From contig CM000154.2 in the NCBI GenBank assembly GCA_000004695.1, forward strand, positions 1,824,001-1,888,000: a stretch of DNA of 64,000 nt, read 5' to 3'. Positions 1 through 17,692 of the stretch are shown here, in pieces (position 1 is the stretch's first letter; each line of letters opens with the position of its first letter). Source of the stretch: Dictyostelium discoideum (taxonomy: Eukaryota). A program made the position numbers and the translations under genes. The notes below the pieces were generated by a model, which saw only the letters and a program-made list of their open reading frames with translations, was not told where the DNA came from and searched no databases.

Positions 1-1749
1 GATAATAGTAAATCATTTGATAAAGATGGATCAATTTTATCACAATCACCAAGTCAAAGTAATAATAGTATTAGTAATAATAATAATAATAATAATATAG
101 ATAGTAGTAATATAAGTAAAAGTAATATTAGTAGTAATAATAATAATAATAATAGTAGTAATAATAATAAAGAAGAAATTTTAAATTTACAAAATGAAAT
201 TGAAAAATTAAAAAGAGAGAAACAAGAGATTCAAAACGATTTAGATGAATCAAATATACAATTATCAAATGTAACTATGGATCGTGATAGAATTACAATT
301 GATAAACAAAAGACAGAGGAAGTATGTTCAAGTTTACATGAATCAATCATTGGATTACAAAAACAATTGGATGAAACTATGGCACAAACCACAACAATGA
401 ATGCATTGAATGATGAAACCTATAAAACTGAAATCAATGATCTTCATATGCAAGTGGAATCAAAGGAGAAACAATTATCCGAATTGAAAAAGAAAGTCGA
501 TGAAGCCAATCGTTTAGCGAATGAAAATCGTTCATTACGTGATGAAATTGATATTTTAAGAGAGAAAGCTGCAAATGCTGAAGCAACTGAAGAGAAATTA
601 AAAAAACATCAAAAGAAAATCGAAGAAATTGGCGATCTAAAAAAGAAAATCAAGGAACTTGAAGATCAAAATGATAGTTACATTCAACAAACTTTGGATC
701 TTGAAGAACAACTCTCAAAGAATAACACCTATAGAACTCAAGCTGACTCTGGTAAACAACAAATCTCCTCACTAAAGATTGAATTGGCAAAATTGGAATT
801 ATCTTTGAAATCCATTAAAGAGGATCGTGATAAATTATCTGAATCTTTAAATACCGTAGAGTTGGAACGTGATAGTTTACAATCTCAAGTTACTAACCTC
901 AGAAATACAATCGATAATCAACAACAAGAATATGAAACCAAATTCGTTGATCTTCAATCTTCAATTAGTCTCAATAGTGGTGGTAGTGGTGGTTTAGGTG
1001 ATGAAGTCATTGATGGTTCAACCAAAGAAAGAATAGCTCGTTTAGAAAGAGATAACAAACGTTTAAAAGAAGTCGCTGAAAAAGCTTCTGAATTAGAAAA
1101 TCAATTAGAAGATGCCAATCAATCAAAAGAATTATTAACAATTCAAATTAAACAATTAGAAGAACAAAAACAACAATCAAATAATACTAATAATAATAAT
1201 AATAATAATAATATGGTCGATTCATCTGAAATTGAATCACTAAAACAACAATTAAAAGAAAAAGAAAAAGAAATTTCAACATTAAAGAGAAAACTCGAGG
1301 AATCTAATCTTAGTTTGGATGAAAATAGGAAACAATTGGTCGAATTATCACAAAGACCAACCACTCAATCACCAGGTGATATTGAAAAACTTGAAAATTA
1401 CGAAAATCTTCTCAAGGAAAATGATGGTTTAGAGGGTCGTTTAAGAGCTGCTCGTAACATCATTAAAGATCTTAGAGAAAAACATAAATCTTACTCAAAT
1501 CAAGAGACTCAATTGGCCACCAAAGATGAAGTCATCACCAAATTGGAAGGTTTGGTCAAAAAGAAGACTGATATCAACGAAGATTTAAGAAAACAACTCG
1601 AAGAAGGTAGAGAAGAATCTCAAAGAGAAATTAATTTAATGCTTTCAGCTTTCTTAAAGATTGGTTTAGAAATGGAACAAGTTAAAATTCAAAATATTTC
1701 AAGTTCAAAAGAACCAAGATCATTTTTAAATAAAAAAAGAGCTGATTAA
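1..1749 (+). CDS. Coiled-coil protein, 5'-truncated at the window edge (frame-1 coding runs from nt 1; stop TAA at 1747-1749)
   Basis: Frame 1 is open from base 1 through the listed ORF 277..1749, so the gene starts upstream of the window. Long heptad-like K/E/L/Q-rich sequence, an internal poly-N tract and a GGSGG linker. A/T-biased third codon positions. Confidence 0.55.
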   Translation, partial: DNSKSFDKDGSILSQSPSQSNNSISNNNNNNNIDSSNISKSNISSNNNNNNSSNNNKEEILNLQNEIEKLKREKQEIQNDLDESNIQLSNVTMDRDRITIDKQKTEEVCSSLHESIIGLQKQLDETMAQTTTMNALNDETYKTEINDLHMQVESKEKQLSELKKKVDEANRLANENRSLRDEIDILREKAANAEATEEKLKKHQKKIEEIGDLKKKIKELEDQNDSYIQQTLDLEEQLSKNNTYRTQADSGKQQISSLKIELAKLELSLKSIKEDRDKLSESLNTVELERDSLQSQVTNLRNTIDNQQQEYETKFVDLQSSISLNSGGSGGLGDEVIDGSTKERIARLERDNKRLKEVAEKASELENQLEDANQSKELLTIQIKQLEEQKQQSNNTNNNNNNNNMVDSSEIESLKQQLKEKEKEISTLKRKLEESNLSLDENRKQLVELSQRPTTQSPGDIEKLENYENLLKENDGLEGRLRAARNIIKDLREKHKSYSNQETQLATKDEVITKLEGLVKKKTDINEDLRKQLEEGREESQREINLMLSAFLKIGLEMEQVKIQNISSSKEPRSFLNKKRAD

Positions 1750-2053
1750 AGAATTTATAAATAATAATAAATAATAAATAATAATAATAAACTTTTAGAG
1801 TAGTAATAAATAGTAGTAATAATAATAATAATAATAATAAATAATAATAAAAAAATAAAAAAAATAAAAAAAAAAAACAGATACAAAAATTGAAACATTA
1901 AAAAAGATATAAATAAATTGTTTTTATACAAAGAACAGTTTTTTTTTTTTTTTTTTTTTAAAATATTATATATACAATTTTTTTTTTTCTTTTATTATAT
2001 ATGTGTTCTTGTATCGTTTTTTTTTTTTTTTTTATTTTTATTTTAGTTTTTTT

Positions 2054-3133
2054 TCAATCAAAATCTCTTAAATTGTCGATTGAAATTTTTAGTAAACTTT
2101 TATCTTTTGATTTAAAGTAAACACCTTTAGAATTGGTTGAACCAATAAGACAAGGCTCTGGATCGTAATAGTCTTGTAATTTTTTAATTAAATAAGTTTG
2201 AATTTGTGGTTGTTGTTGTTGTTGTTGTTGTTGATGTTGGTGATGTTGATGTAATTGTTGTTTAATAATGATTTTATGATAGTTTTCAGGAGGGTTTGGA
2301 TCGATTGTTAAAGTGATTTCCGAAGAATTTGAATTGGTAGTTGTAATAAATGTTGGAAATATTGCTACTATACTATCATCATTTGAATCCTTTTTAAAGA
2401 TTACAGAATTGGTTGAAATAGATCTTGAGTTTTGAATATTTAAATTTGAACAAATGGACTTATTAATTTGTTTGGAAATTTCTTTCTCCAATTGAATCTC
2501 TTCATTTAATTTTGTTACTAAATTCTTTAATTTTAAATTTTGTTCCTTTTCCATCTTTAATTGAAATTCCAATTGTTCCATACTAAGTTTTAATTTTTTA
2601 TTTTCATTTGCTGTTGCATTTATTAAATTTTGAAGTTGTTGACTTTGATTTGAAAAATTTGATTGATTATTTGGTTTATTTGGTTTATTTTGATTTTGAT
2701 CTTGATCTTGTAAAAAATTAAATATATTATTATTATTATTATTATTATTATTTATATTATTATTATTATTTTTATTTATATTATTATTATTATTATTTCT
2801 ATTTGGAGATACCATTTCTATTTGTGGGGTTGGTGGTACTATGTAACCTTCATTTAGAGATGTTAAACTATTTAATTTTACTTTTTTAAATGATCTTGTA
2901 TCTTGTACTTCACGTATATCTGTAGTTTCTTCGACAATACTAAAGTCATCATAAGAATCGCTATCTTCTTTATTAGTAATACTATCTTCGTCATTTTCTT
3001 CTTCTTCTTCTTCTTCTTGTTCTTCATCGCCACCATTTAAACTTGTATTACTACTACTACCATTGGTAACATTTGTATTTGTATTATTATTTGAACTTAT
3101 GGCATTATTTGCATTTTGTCTTCTTGTCATCAT
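2054..3133 (-). CDS. Asn-rich acidic protein with a central coiled coil (359 aa), function unknown
   Basis: Single ORF starting ATGATGACA at 3133, stop TGA at 2051-2053. An E-rich acidic block ([14 protein letters not shown]), poly-N tracts and an LKLSMEQLEFQLKMEKEQNLKLKNL coiled-coil segment. No recognisable catalytic domain. Confidence 0.4.
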   Translation of the reverse strand: MMTRRQNANNAISSNNNTNTNVTNGSSSNTSLNGGDEEQEEEEEEENDEDSITNKEDSDSYDDFSIVEETTDIREVQDTRSFKKVKLNSLTSLNEGYIVPPTPQIEMVSPNRNNNNNNINKNNNNNINNNNNNNNNIFNFLQDQDQNQNKPNKPNNQSNFSNQSQQLQNLINATANENKKLKLSMEQLEFQLKMEKEQNLKLKNLVTKLNEEIQLEKEISKQINKSICSNLNIQNSRSISTNSVIFKKDSNDDSIVAIFPTFITTTNSNSSEITLTIDPNPPENYHKIIIKQQLHQHHQHQQQQQQQQPQIQTYLIKKLQDYYDPEPCLIGSTNSKGVYFKSKDKSLLKISIDNLRDFD

Positions 3134-3250
3134 TGATCCATTTGATGTCTGTCAATTGTGTGTATATATATATAATAATAATAATAATAAATAAAAAATA
3201 TTAATTAATTAATTTATGAATTAATTAATGAATGATTAATTTAATATGGT

Positions 3251-3595
3251 TTACCAATAAATTTTAAATAAAGTCAAAGTAAAGATTTTTACAGTTGGAG
3301 TTTGTGGAGGTGAAGAATCAATTTGTTGTGATGTTTTTTGAAGTGCTAAGTTCTTCATTGATAAAGAATGCTTTTGGTTCTTAATCTTTGATTTAATTTG
3401 TTCCAATGTATAAACGCCTTTAAATGGTGTTGTGCCTGACAAGATTTCAACGATTTCCATATCTTTTGTGTAAAGTTTAGTCGCCAACATCGTCTGATAT
3501 TGACTAAATAACTTGGCTGCAACATCTTCAGGCCATAAAACTTTCTTATTAGTTACAAACCTTATATTAATACCTCTATTATTTGGTGTATCCAT
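3251..3595 (-). CDS. Small hypothetical protein (114 aa)
   Basis: ATG-initiated ORF with a non-low-complexity N-terminal 75 aa (RFVTNKKVLWPEDVAAKLFSQYQTMLATKLYTKDMEIVEILSGTTPFKGVYTLEQIK). No flanking exons found. Confidence 0.35.
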   Translation of the reverse strand: MDTPNNRGINIRFVTNKKVLWPEDVAAKLFSQYQTMLATKLYTKDMEIVEILSGTTPFKGVYTLEQIKSKIKNQKHSLSMKNLALQKTSQQIDSSPPQTPTVKIFTLTLFKIYW

Positions 3596-3956
3596 TTTTC
3601 TTTCTCGACTTGTTTCTTAATATATTTTTTTTTTTTTTATTTTTTTAAAAAAAAGAAAAAAATTGAATCTAATCTTTATTTTTTGAGTTAACCTCTAAAT
3701 GGCGCAGATTTTATATTATTTTTTTGTTTTTTTTTTTTTGTATTTTTAAAATAAGTTTTTGAAAAAAAAAAAATAAAAAAAATAAAAATAAAAATAAAAA
3801 AATAAAAATAAAAAAATAAAAAAAAAAAATATAAAAAAATATAAATATGAAAATAAAGTAAGTAATGTGTTATTAATAAATGGGAATTTTATTATTATAT
3901 TTGAATTATTGTTATTATATGATCTTTATAATCTATCCAAAAAATTATTTGTTTTT

Positions 3957-4006
<50 letters not shown>

Positions 4007-4648
4007 TTTTGGGGGAAGGTTTGAAAAAAAAATAATCAAAATTAAAAAAAGTTTTGACTTTTGGATTCGGAAAAAAAAAAAACTAAATATTTATTATAAC
4101 CCAACTGATGCTGACTATGATTTGCTTTATTTTTTTTTTTTTTTTTTTTTATTTTATTAATTTTTTAAGTTTTTTATTTTATTAAATTATATTTGATTGG
4201 TATTTCGATTATTAAATAAACCAAACCACACCTTTTATTTGTTTATTTATGGTTTTAACTTTTTTTTTTTTTTTTTTTTTGATTAAAAACAAAAATTAAA
4301 ATAAAAAAATAAATTAAAATAAAAAAAAAAAAAAAAAGTTAAATCCTGGATTTTATGTCAAAATTTTAAATTATCAATAAAAAGTCTAAAAATTTTAATT
4401 ATTACAATCAAATATTGTTTGTATTAAATAATTAATAATTATTTTTATCAAAGTTTTTGGTTTTAACCACTAATTCTCCAAATTAAAGAGTAGATTTTTT
4501 TAAAACCAAATTTGTGTAGAGTGGGATTAAATTTTTGGGTTTCAATAATAATAAAAAGTATGGAAAATAAAAACTTTAATGGCCACTCTCGCCTTTGGTC
4601 CTTTATCATAAAATTTCAACACCCATCTCACAAAACAAAAACAAAAAC

Positions 4649-4679
<31 letters not shown>

Positions 4680-5071
4680 AAATTTTGAAAAAAAAAAAAA
4701 ACCATTTCCCAATCCACCAGATTTTAGTGGATAAGAATTTGGTTGACATAAAATAATAACTAGAATTTAATTTAAAAAATTATTAAAAGTAGTTCCAATA
4801 TATGACAACTCCTTTTTTTTTTCTTTTTAAAAGAAAAAAAAACAAATGGACAAAGGGAATCTTAATGAAATTTTTATTTTCCATAAAAATATTTTTTTTT
4901 TTTAATAATTGTTTTTTAAAAATATTTTATGGAAAAAAAAAAAGAAATTTCAATAAAATAATAATAAATATAAAAAATAAAATCTAAATTCTTAATTAAA
5001 TACAACATTTTTTATTTTATTTACTATATTTTTTTTTTTTTTTTTTTAATTTTAATTTTTTTTTCCCCAAT

Positions 5072-8587
<3,516 letters not shown>

Positions 8588-9964
8588 TTTATTGATATTT
8601 TATGACTTTTTTTTTTTTTGTTTTTTTTTTATTTTGTTTTTTTTTTTTTGGTTTTGGTTTTGTTTTTGTTTTGTTTTTTTTTTTATTATTATTAGAAAAA
8701 CGAATTAGAAAAAAAAAAATAATAATAATAATAATAAATAATATATAAAAATAAATAGATAAATAAATAAATAAATAAATAAATAAATTAATTAATTAAA
8801 TTAATAACTGAGAGGAAAAAAAAAATATTTTGATTTTTTTTCTTTTTTTTATTTTTTTTTTTTAAAAAAAAAAAATATCTTTTTTTATTAAAATAATTGA
8901 TGGGTTCTTTTTTTTTAAAAAAAAAAATTTTATTATAAAGAAAATGAAAAAAAAAAAAATGAAAAATAAAAATTAAAATAAAAAAAATAAAATGTACAAA
9001 AAAAAAAAGATACAAAATTAATAAATACAAATAGTGAACGTTTTACAAGAAATAGTATAAAAGTTTACAAAAAAAAATATAGATCATATGGCAAAAGAAA
9101 AAAAAAAAATAAAAAAATAAAAATAACAAAAAAAAATGCTAAAAAGAAAAAAAAAAAAAAAAAAAAAAAAAAAATAATTTAAAAAAAAAAAAAAAAAAAA
9201 AACGGTCAAAGCCATAGCCTTTTTATAATAACAATGAAAACACTTTTTTCTTTTTCTTTTTTATTTTTTATTTTATTTTTTTTTTTTTTTTTTCTTTTAA
9301 AATGAAGTATAAAAAAAAAAAAAAAAAAAAATGCTTGCACCAGTCAATCAATCATTATTATTTTTATTTGCAGGGAGAAAGATTTGTTTTTTTTTTTTCA
9401 AACAAGCAAAATAAAAATTTTTATTTTTTTAATTATTTTGTTTTATTTTTTTTTTATTTTTTTTTTTTGGTCATTGGAACGAATTTTATTTTTATTTTTA
9501 TTTTTATTTTTATTTTACTTAAATTGGCAATCCCATATTCATGAAATTAATTACCAAAGAAAATTTGGACCCATCGATTTTTTAATATTAATATAAAAAA
9601 AATTGATATTTATTTTTTATTTTTTTTATTTTTTTTTATTTTTTTTTATTTTTTTTATTTTTTTTTTATTTTTTTTTTTTTTTTTTTCGATTGTCATATA
9701 AAAATTTGCGCTTTTGTTTTTTTTTTATTTTTTTATTTTTTTCTTTCTTTTTTTTTTCTTTCTTTTATTTTTTCATTTTTTTTTTTTTTATTTTTATATT
9801 TTTTTTTTATTAATCACACATTACCTGTGGTAATAATAATAATAATAAATAATAATAATAATAATATTATTAATATTATTATAATAATAGTTATTTTTAA
9901 TTTAATTATTACCATCATTATTGTAATAAAATAATAATAATTATTAAAATAATAATAATAAAAA

Positions 9965-9995
<31 letters not shown>

Positions 9996-10140
9996 AATAA
10001 ATTATTATTAATAATAAAAATAACAATATAATCAAGAAAATACCACCCACATACTATTCACACACAAATAATATACTTTAAACGTTTATTATTTTTATTT
10101 TTTTAAATTTTTTTTTTTTTTTTTTATAAATAATATTAAC

Positions 10141-12204
<2,064 letters not shown>

Positions 12205-12784
12205 TTAATGAAACATAAAATCATTTTTTTTTTTCTATTCATTTTTTTTTTCCCAACCCCCCATTCATACTTTTATCCTTTTTTCCTCTTTTTTTTTTCC
12301 CTCCTCTTCTTACTACTCCTCCTTCTCTATTTATATTAAATCCAATAATTATTCTTCAATTTTGGAAATTCAAAAAAAAAAAAAAAAAAAAAACTAGATG
12401 TAATCTATCATTTAAGTGATTTACCATAACCAATTGATAGAACTGATGTCAATCCACTGCGCAGTGAATGAAGAATCAGATGGACCATTATTATTACTAT
12501 TATTATTATTATTATTACATCTTCAAATGGGACACCTCATCTAAAAGATAGGCTGATTCTTTTTTTTTTTTTTTTTTTTTTTACACAACACCAGTAAAAA
12601 AAAAAGAAAAAAAACTATAAATAAAAAAAAAAAAAACATTAAGTTTTTTTTTTTTTTAGAAATTAAACAAAAAATAAAGAAATAAATAATTTTAAAATAA
12701 AGATTAAGAATACTTAATTCTTTTCATTCTATAACATTAAAATCTTTTAATTAATTAATTTATTTATTTTTCTTATTATTATTA

Positions 12785-15502
12785 TTATTTTTGGTTATAT
12801 AAATAATTGAATTCATTGATTGTTAATGAATTTTTTAAATCTATAAAATAAGGATTATTAATTTTTTCAATATATTTTAAAAAAGAATAATTATGAGATT
12901 CTAAAAGATAATATAAAATTTTTATATTATATTGATCACCAATAAAATGTTTAACATAAAATAATAAATTTTGGTGATCACTAGTACTGTTATCATTATC
13001 ATTTCTATTGAAATAATTTAACATTATTAAATTTATAATATTAAAATCTTTATTATTAATTACCACTTCCATAAATTTTGATAACTCTAATGAATATCTA
13101 TGAGTGAATTTATCTAATGTTTCAAATGGTGAAAAGAATCTTTTTGTTAAAAGTTCATTATCATTTTTGAAAGATGCAACAATATATTTAAAAACATCTT
13201 CCATTTCAATTCTAGTTTGAATACCATTTTGTAGAATTTGATGTAATGTTAATTGTGGTGTATTAAATGATATCATTCCTTTAATATCAACCCATGTGAA
13301 AAATTCAAATAATTTAATTTGATTTGTACCATTGAATTTTTTAATATAATGAATCATAAAATATAAATTATAATTTATATTACAACTTTTACAATTATCA
13401 ACAATATATTTTAAATAATTAAAAAATTCATTAGGAATTTGTTTCATTGGTTTCTTAAATAAATAAATTTGATCACCATCTTTAATTGAACCAGTTTTGT
13501 TGAAATAATATTCAAGTAATGATATTGAATTCGTATTTGTAATTATTTCATTATTTAAAATATTTGGAATTGTTACTGATTTAAATGATTCTATAATCAT
13601 TTCTTTAACTGAAAACCAATCGTGTAAAAATGAAAAACCTTTAAAATTATTTAAAATGAATTCATAGATTTCAATTGATTTAACTCTTTTGAAAATATTA
13701 TTTATATTATAGAAATTATTTTCTCTATCCCAATTGCAACCATTTGCATTTTTTCTAAAACCATATAAAATATTTGCTGGCATTTTAAGAATTGTATCAT
13801 GTTTTAAAATACTTTCCAATTCTTTAAATGTAATTTTTACAAATTCAAAATCATTATATTGAATAATTAATTGAAGAAATATTATTGGATGAAGTTTAAA
13901 TTTATCAAAATTAAATTTAATTTCATTACAAACTTGATTTATAAATTGGATTTGATTTGATCTATTAAAACATTTATTAAATAATAAAGGAGTGGTTGTT
14001 TCAAATAATTCTAATAATCTGGTTGATGATCCAAAAAATCCATTTTTAATTACTTCATTTAAAATACTTGAATTTGTTGACTTTTTAATTAAATTACCAA
14101 ATGAATCTTCTTTTAAATTTATATTTTTATTATTACAATAAACTAGGTCCAACTTTGGTGAAATATATTGATTCATTACTTGGTACCATCTTGATAATAA
14201 ATCAAAATTTGCAAATCTTAAAGCACTAACTTCACATCCATTGAAACTATTAATATTTTTATCAATCTTTTCAATATGTTGGAAATTATCATAATCAGTT
14301 TGTTTATAATATTTGTAATAATATAAAGGTGATGAGATATTTAATGTAATTTCTCTAATAGTTAAAAACATTTTTAATAATAATTCAACATTTTTAATTG
14401 ATGATTCTACCATTGATATTTTTAATTTTAATAATTTTTTATCAAATTCCATAGAGTTTAATTTTTCAATTGTTAAAATAAAATCACTATTATTATTATT
14501 TTTATTCTCACAATTTTGATTGTTAGTTGATTTAATAATTATTGAAATTGATTTACAAATGTTTAAAAGAAATTCAACTTTAAAATCTGATGAAAGTGGA
14601 CAAAATTCATATATTATTTTAAATGATTTATAAAATGGATGATTTGAATTTGATGGAGGATTAATACCCTTTTTAATTAAAAAAAAGTTATAAAGTTTAA
14701 TATATGTACAAATACAATTAAAAAAATCATTTTCAATTAAACATTGAGATAATCCTTCTGAAAATGGTTTATGATGTTGATTTATATGAATATGTTTTGT
14801 TGAAAATGAATTTCTTGAAATTCCTAATAATTGTTTACCAACTTCTTTTAAAAAACAATTTGAAATTTCATCCCAAATTTTAATTTCATTATTTTTACAT
14901 ATAAAAAATTCATTAACACTACCACTACCACTACCACCACTAGAGTTACAATTTTTATATAATAATTTTCTAACTTTATTTAATGTTTTACAATGATGAA
15001 GTGAATTTGAATTTGAATTACTGTCTAAAATTAAATCAAATTTTAAAGGATTTAAATAATAATTATAACCATATTTTTCTTTACATAAAACTTTAAAAGC
15101 TGGTATATTATTTGAATTTACAGTTACAGAAATTAAATGATTTAATAAACTATCACCTCTATGACCTGGAATAATTGAATTATAAAATCTTTTAAAAAAA
15201 TTAAAAAATACTAATTCATCATAATCTTTTGTTTTTTGATTATTTTTAATTGGTGAAAGAAATGAAAAAATATTAAATTCATAAGTTTTACAATCCAATT
15301 CTAAATAATGATCATTTAATAATTTATATTTTAATGTATTCCTATAACCATTTTTAATTAACCATTTAATTGAATAAATTGGTCTTAATGAACTACCAAT
15401 TGTATCAATTTGATATCTACTAATATTAAATAAAATTATTTTAAATAAATAAATATTTCTAATAATTTTCCAAAATAAAATTTCATTATTATTAATATTC
15501 AT
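12785..15502 (-). CDS. Large N/I/K/F-rich protein (905 aa) with no recognisable domain (orphan)
   Basis: Single uninterrupted 2.7-kb ORF with ATG at 15502. Such a long stop-free frame in 78% AT DNA is strong evidence of coding. Only low complexity is a GGSGSGS tract. Confidence 0.6.
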   Translation of the reverse strand: MNINNNEILFWKIIRNIYLFKIILFNISRYQIDTIGSSLRPIYSIKWLIKNGYRNTLKYKLLNDHYLELDCKTYEFNIFSFLSPIKNNQKTKDYDELVFFNFFKRFYNSIIPGHRGDSLLNHLISVTVNSNNIPAFKVLCKEKYGYNYYLNPLKFDLILDSNSNSNSLHHCKTLNKVRKLLYKNCNSSGGSGSGSVNEFFICKNNEIKIWDEISNCFLKEVGKQLLGISRNSFSTKHIHINQHHKPFSEGLSQCLIENDFFNCICTYIKLYNFFLIKKGINPPSNSNHPFYKSFKIIYEFCPLSSDFKVEFLLNICKSISIIIKSTNNQNCENKNNNNSDFILTIEKLNSMEFDKKLLKLKISMVESSIKNVELLLKMFLTIREITLNISSPLYYYKYYKQTDYDNFQHIEKIDKNINSFNGCEVSALRFANFDLLSRWYQVMNQYISPKLDLVYCNNKNINLKEDSFGNLIKKSTNSSILNEVIKNGFFGSSTRLLELFETTTPLLFNKCFNRSNQIQFINQVCNEIKFNFDKFKLHPIIFLQLIIQYNDFEFVKITFKELESILKHDTILKMPANILYGFRKNANGCNWDRENNFYNINNIFKRVKSIEIYEFILNNFKGFSFLHDWFSVKEMIIESFKSVTIPNILNNEIITNTNSISLLEYYFNKTGSIKDGDQIYLFKKPMKQIPNEFFNYLKYIVDNCKSCNINYNLYFMIHYIKKFNGTNQIKLFEFFTWVDIKGMISFNTPQLTLHQILQNGIQTRIEMEDVFKYIVASFKNDNELLTKRFFSPFETLDKFTHRYSLELSKFMEVVINNKDFNIINLIMLNYFNRNDNDNSTSDHQNLLFYVKHFIGDQYNIKILYYLLESHNYSFLKYIEKINNPYFIDLKNSLTINEFNYLYNQK

Positions 15503-15546
15503 TTTTTATTATTTATTTATTATTAATAATTATTAATTATTTTTTT

Positions 15547-15581
<35 letters not shown>

Positions 15582-15698
15582 AAAAAAAAAACCAAAAAAA
15601 ATAAAAAAATAAAAAAATTAAAAAAACCATCACGATCTTTTTAAGATTTAAAAATAAAAATAAAAAATTAATTGGTAAACTACACTTTTACTTGCTCC

Positions 15699-15737
<39 letters not shown>

Positions 15738-15853
15738 TTGTAAATTACATTTCTATTTTATTCATTTATTAATTTCTTTAATTATTTTTTTTTATTATTT
15801 TTATTAATTAATTATATATTTAATTATTTATTTATTAAAATTTAAAAAGTTTA

Positions 15854-17692
15854 AATCAATGCATGAATTTTCTTAAGATCTTCAATTGAGAAAGCGGCAT
15901 ATCTTTCACACCACTCTTCACAATTCTTATTATAGTTGTTAACATCGTCACGATAGACACCAGCTTTAACAACATCAAGTGGATCATGTGGGTTTGGTGT
16001 GACAAGTAATTGGGATATACTTAACATAACTTTAGAAATTGTTAAAGCTGGACTCCAACTATCCTTTAAAATATCTAAACAAATATTACCATCATTATTA
16101 ATATTACAATGATAAATCTTTGTTAAAAATCTAATCTCTAAAATATGAAAAATTAAAAAATGAAGTTAGTATTTTTAAAATAATAATAATATTATAATAA
16201 ATTTTAAAAATATGAACATACTTGGAGCGGACATTGGATAATTATCTGGGAAATTTACAGATAATGCAAATAAACCTTTATGATATGGTGATTGTTGTGG
16301 GCCTTGCATAATAATTTTCCAAGCAACTATATTATTTTCATCCAAGAATAAAGTGAATTGTGAATAAGGACCATGGGATGAAATTTCTTCTTTAAAGTTT
16401 TTATATTCCTTGAAAACACGTCTACTTGCACCAGTAAACTTTGATTCTGCAGTTGAACTTGTATCAATTGTTTGTTTCAATTGAACATTTTGGAAAGCAG
16501 GTTCAACCTTACGTTCAATTGTTTTTTGATAAGTTCCACTGACTTTATTAAAATCAAGTTTTGTTTTAATATCCAATGAGAATGGTTTGAAATTATCACG
16601 AGCTGATAAAGATAACAAAGCTTCACGTTCAAATAATTCCACACCTTCTAATGACGAATCTGCAATGAAACAACTTCCACCTGTTGCCTGTGAAAATGAC
16701 GATAAACGCTCTCTACCATCTAAACCAATTGGAATTGAATCTAAAATGATATTATGTTTTTTCATGTATTGATAAACTGGATATGGGTCAAAGTTACTAT
16801 TATCTTCACCATCGGTTAAACAAAATACTCTAAGCATTGGATTAGACGATAATTTTAAACCACCAGTAGCAGCAGCATCGCAACTTTCTTTAAATTTAAC
16901 CAATGTTTCAGCAGCTAATTGAATTGCTTCAAATAATCTAGTTTTACATTGATTGGCAACAACTTCACCCAATTCAGTTGAGAAAGAATCGAAATTTCTT
17001 GTTAAATCAAATGTTAACTCTATTCTTTCACCAAATGTTACAAGTCCAACTGCAACTGGTACCTCTAATGATATTGCTTTATCAGTGAATGTTTGAAATA
17101 ATGTTTGTGCCAATTCAATTCTTGACATTTCAAGTTCACCTGGTACTCTACTACCTTTAAATGCTGCACTCTTCATTGATCCTGACAAATCCAATACAAT
17201 AACATCCAATTGTTTAATTTCTGATTCATATAATTCAACTTGTTTTTTAATTGGTTCTGTTGAGTTTAATGAATCTTTTTGTTGTTGTTGTTGTTGATTA
17301 TTATTATTATTGTTATTTAAATCAAGTTTATTTAATTGGGTGGAAATTAAATTTTCACCACTACTATTATCAGATGCTTGATTTGGTACAGATGTTGATG
17401 GTTCAATTGATGGTGGAGTTGTAGTTGATGTAGTTGTAGTTGTGGTTGTGGTTGTTGTATTGATATCAATTGAAGGATCAAATAATACTAGTTCTGAGGA
17501 ATCTAAAATATTCAACTCTTCTAAAGTATCCTCTTCAAATAATTCTGCATTTTGATATTCTAATTTATATTCTACATTTGTTGATAAATTTCCTCTTTTG
17601 ACAATTTCTTTAATAAATTCTTTAACGGTCAATGTTTTTTTAAATGGTACCCCAATCTTTTTATTTGGTGAAATTTGAATTGAAAGTGGCAT
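15854..17692 (-). CDS. Ubl-like / von Willebrand A / ubiquitin-conjugating (UBC E2) fusion protein. Exons 17692-16222 and 16137-15854 (about 584 aa).
   Basis: N-terminal 80 aa has beta-grasp-like features. vWA domain with a MIDAS motif ([10 protein letters not shown]...). The C-terminal UBC fold ([13 protein letters not shown]...[10 protein letters not shown]) is interrupted by a GTATGT intron and resumes [54 protein letters not shown], with the catalytic HCN-Cys intact. Stop TAA at 15851-15853. Confidence 0.75.

Noticed and set aside
3867-4160. Track ORFs in intergenic DNA (also 4802..4987, 8788..9030, 9302..9544, 9384..9596, 9814..10050, 20554..20775, 31727..31927, 31732..31965, 38309..38569, 38673..39074, 40647..40829, 49046..49234, 49224..49457, 49289..49738, 52054..52245, 54059..54304, 61741..61929)
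   Set aside because: Their translations are poly-F/K/L/I/Y/N runs produced by poly-T/poly-A and (AT)-rich intergenic DNA. They have no complexity and no splice or start context.
4441-4780. Mixed-sequence stretch (…ATGGCCACTCTCGCCTTTGGTCC…) between the small 114-aa gene and the myosin 3' end
   Set aside because: Only about 60 nt depart from A/T richness. There is no ORF and no snRNA or snoRNA hallmark, so it is most simply promoter or UTR sequence.
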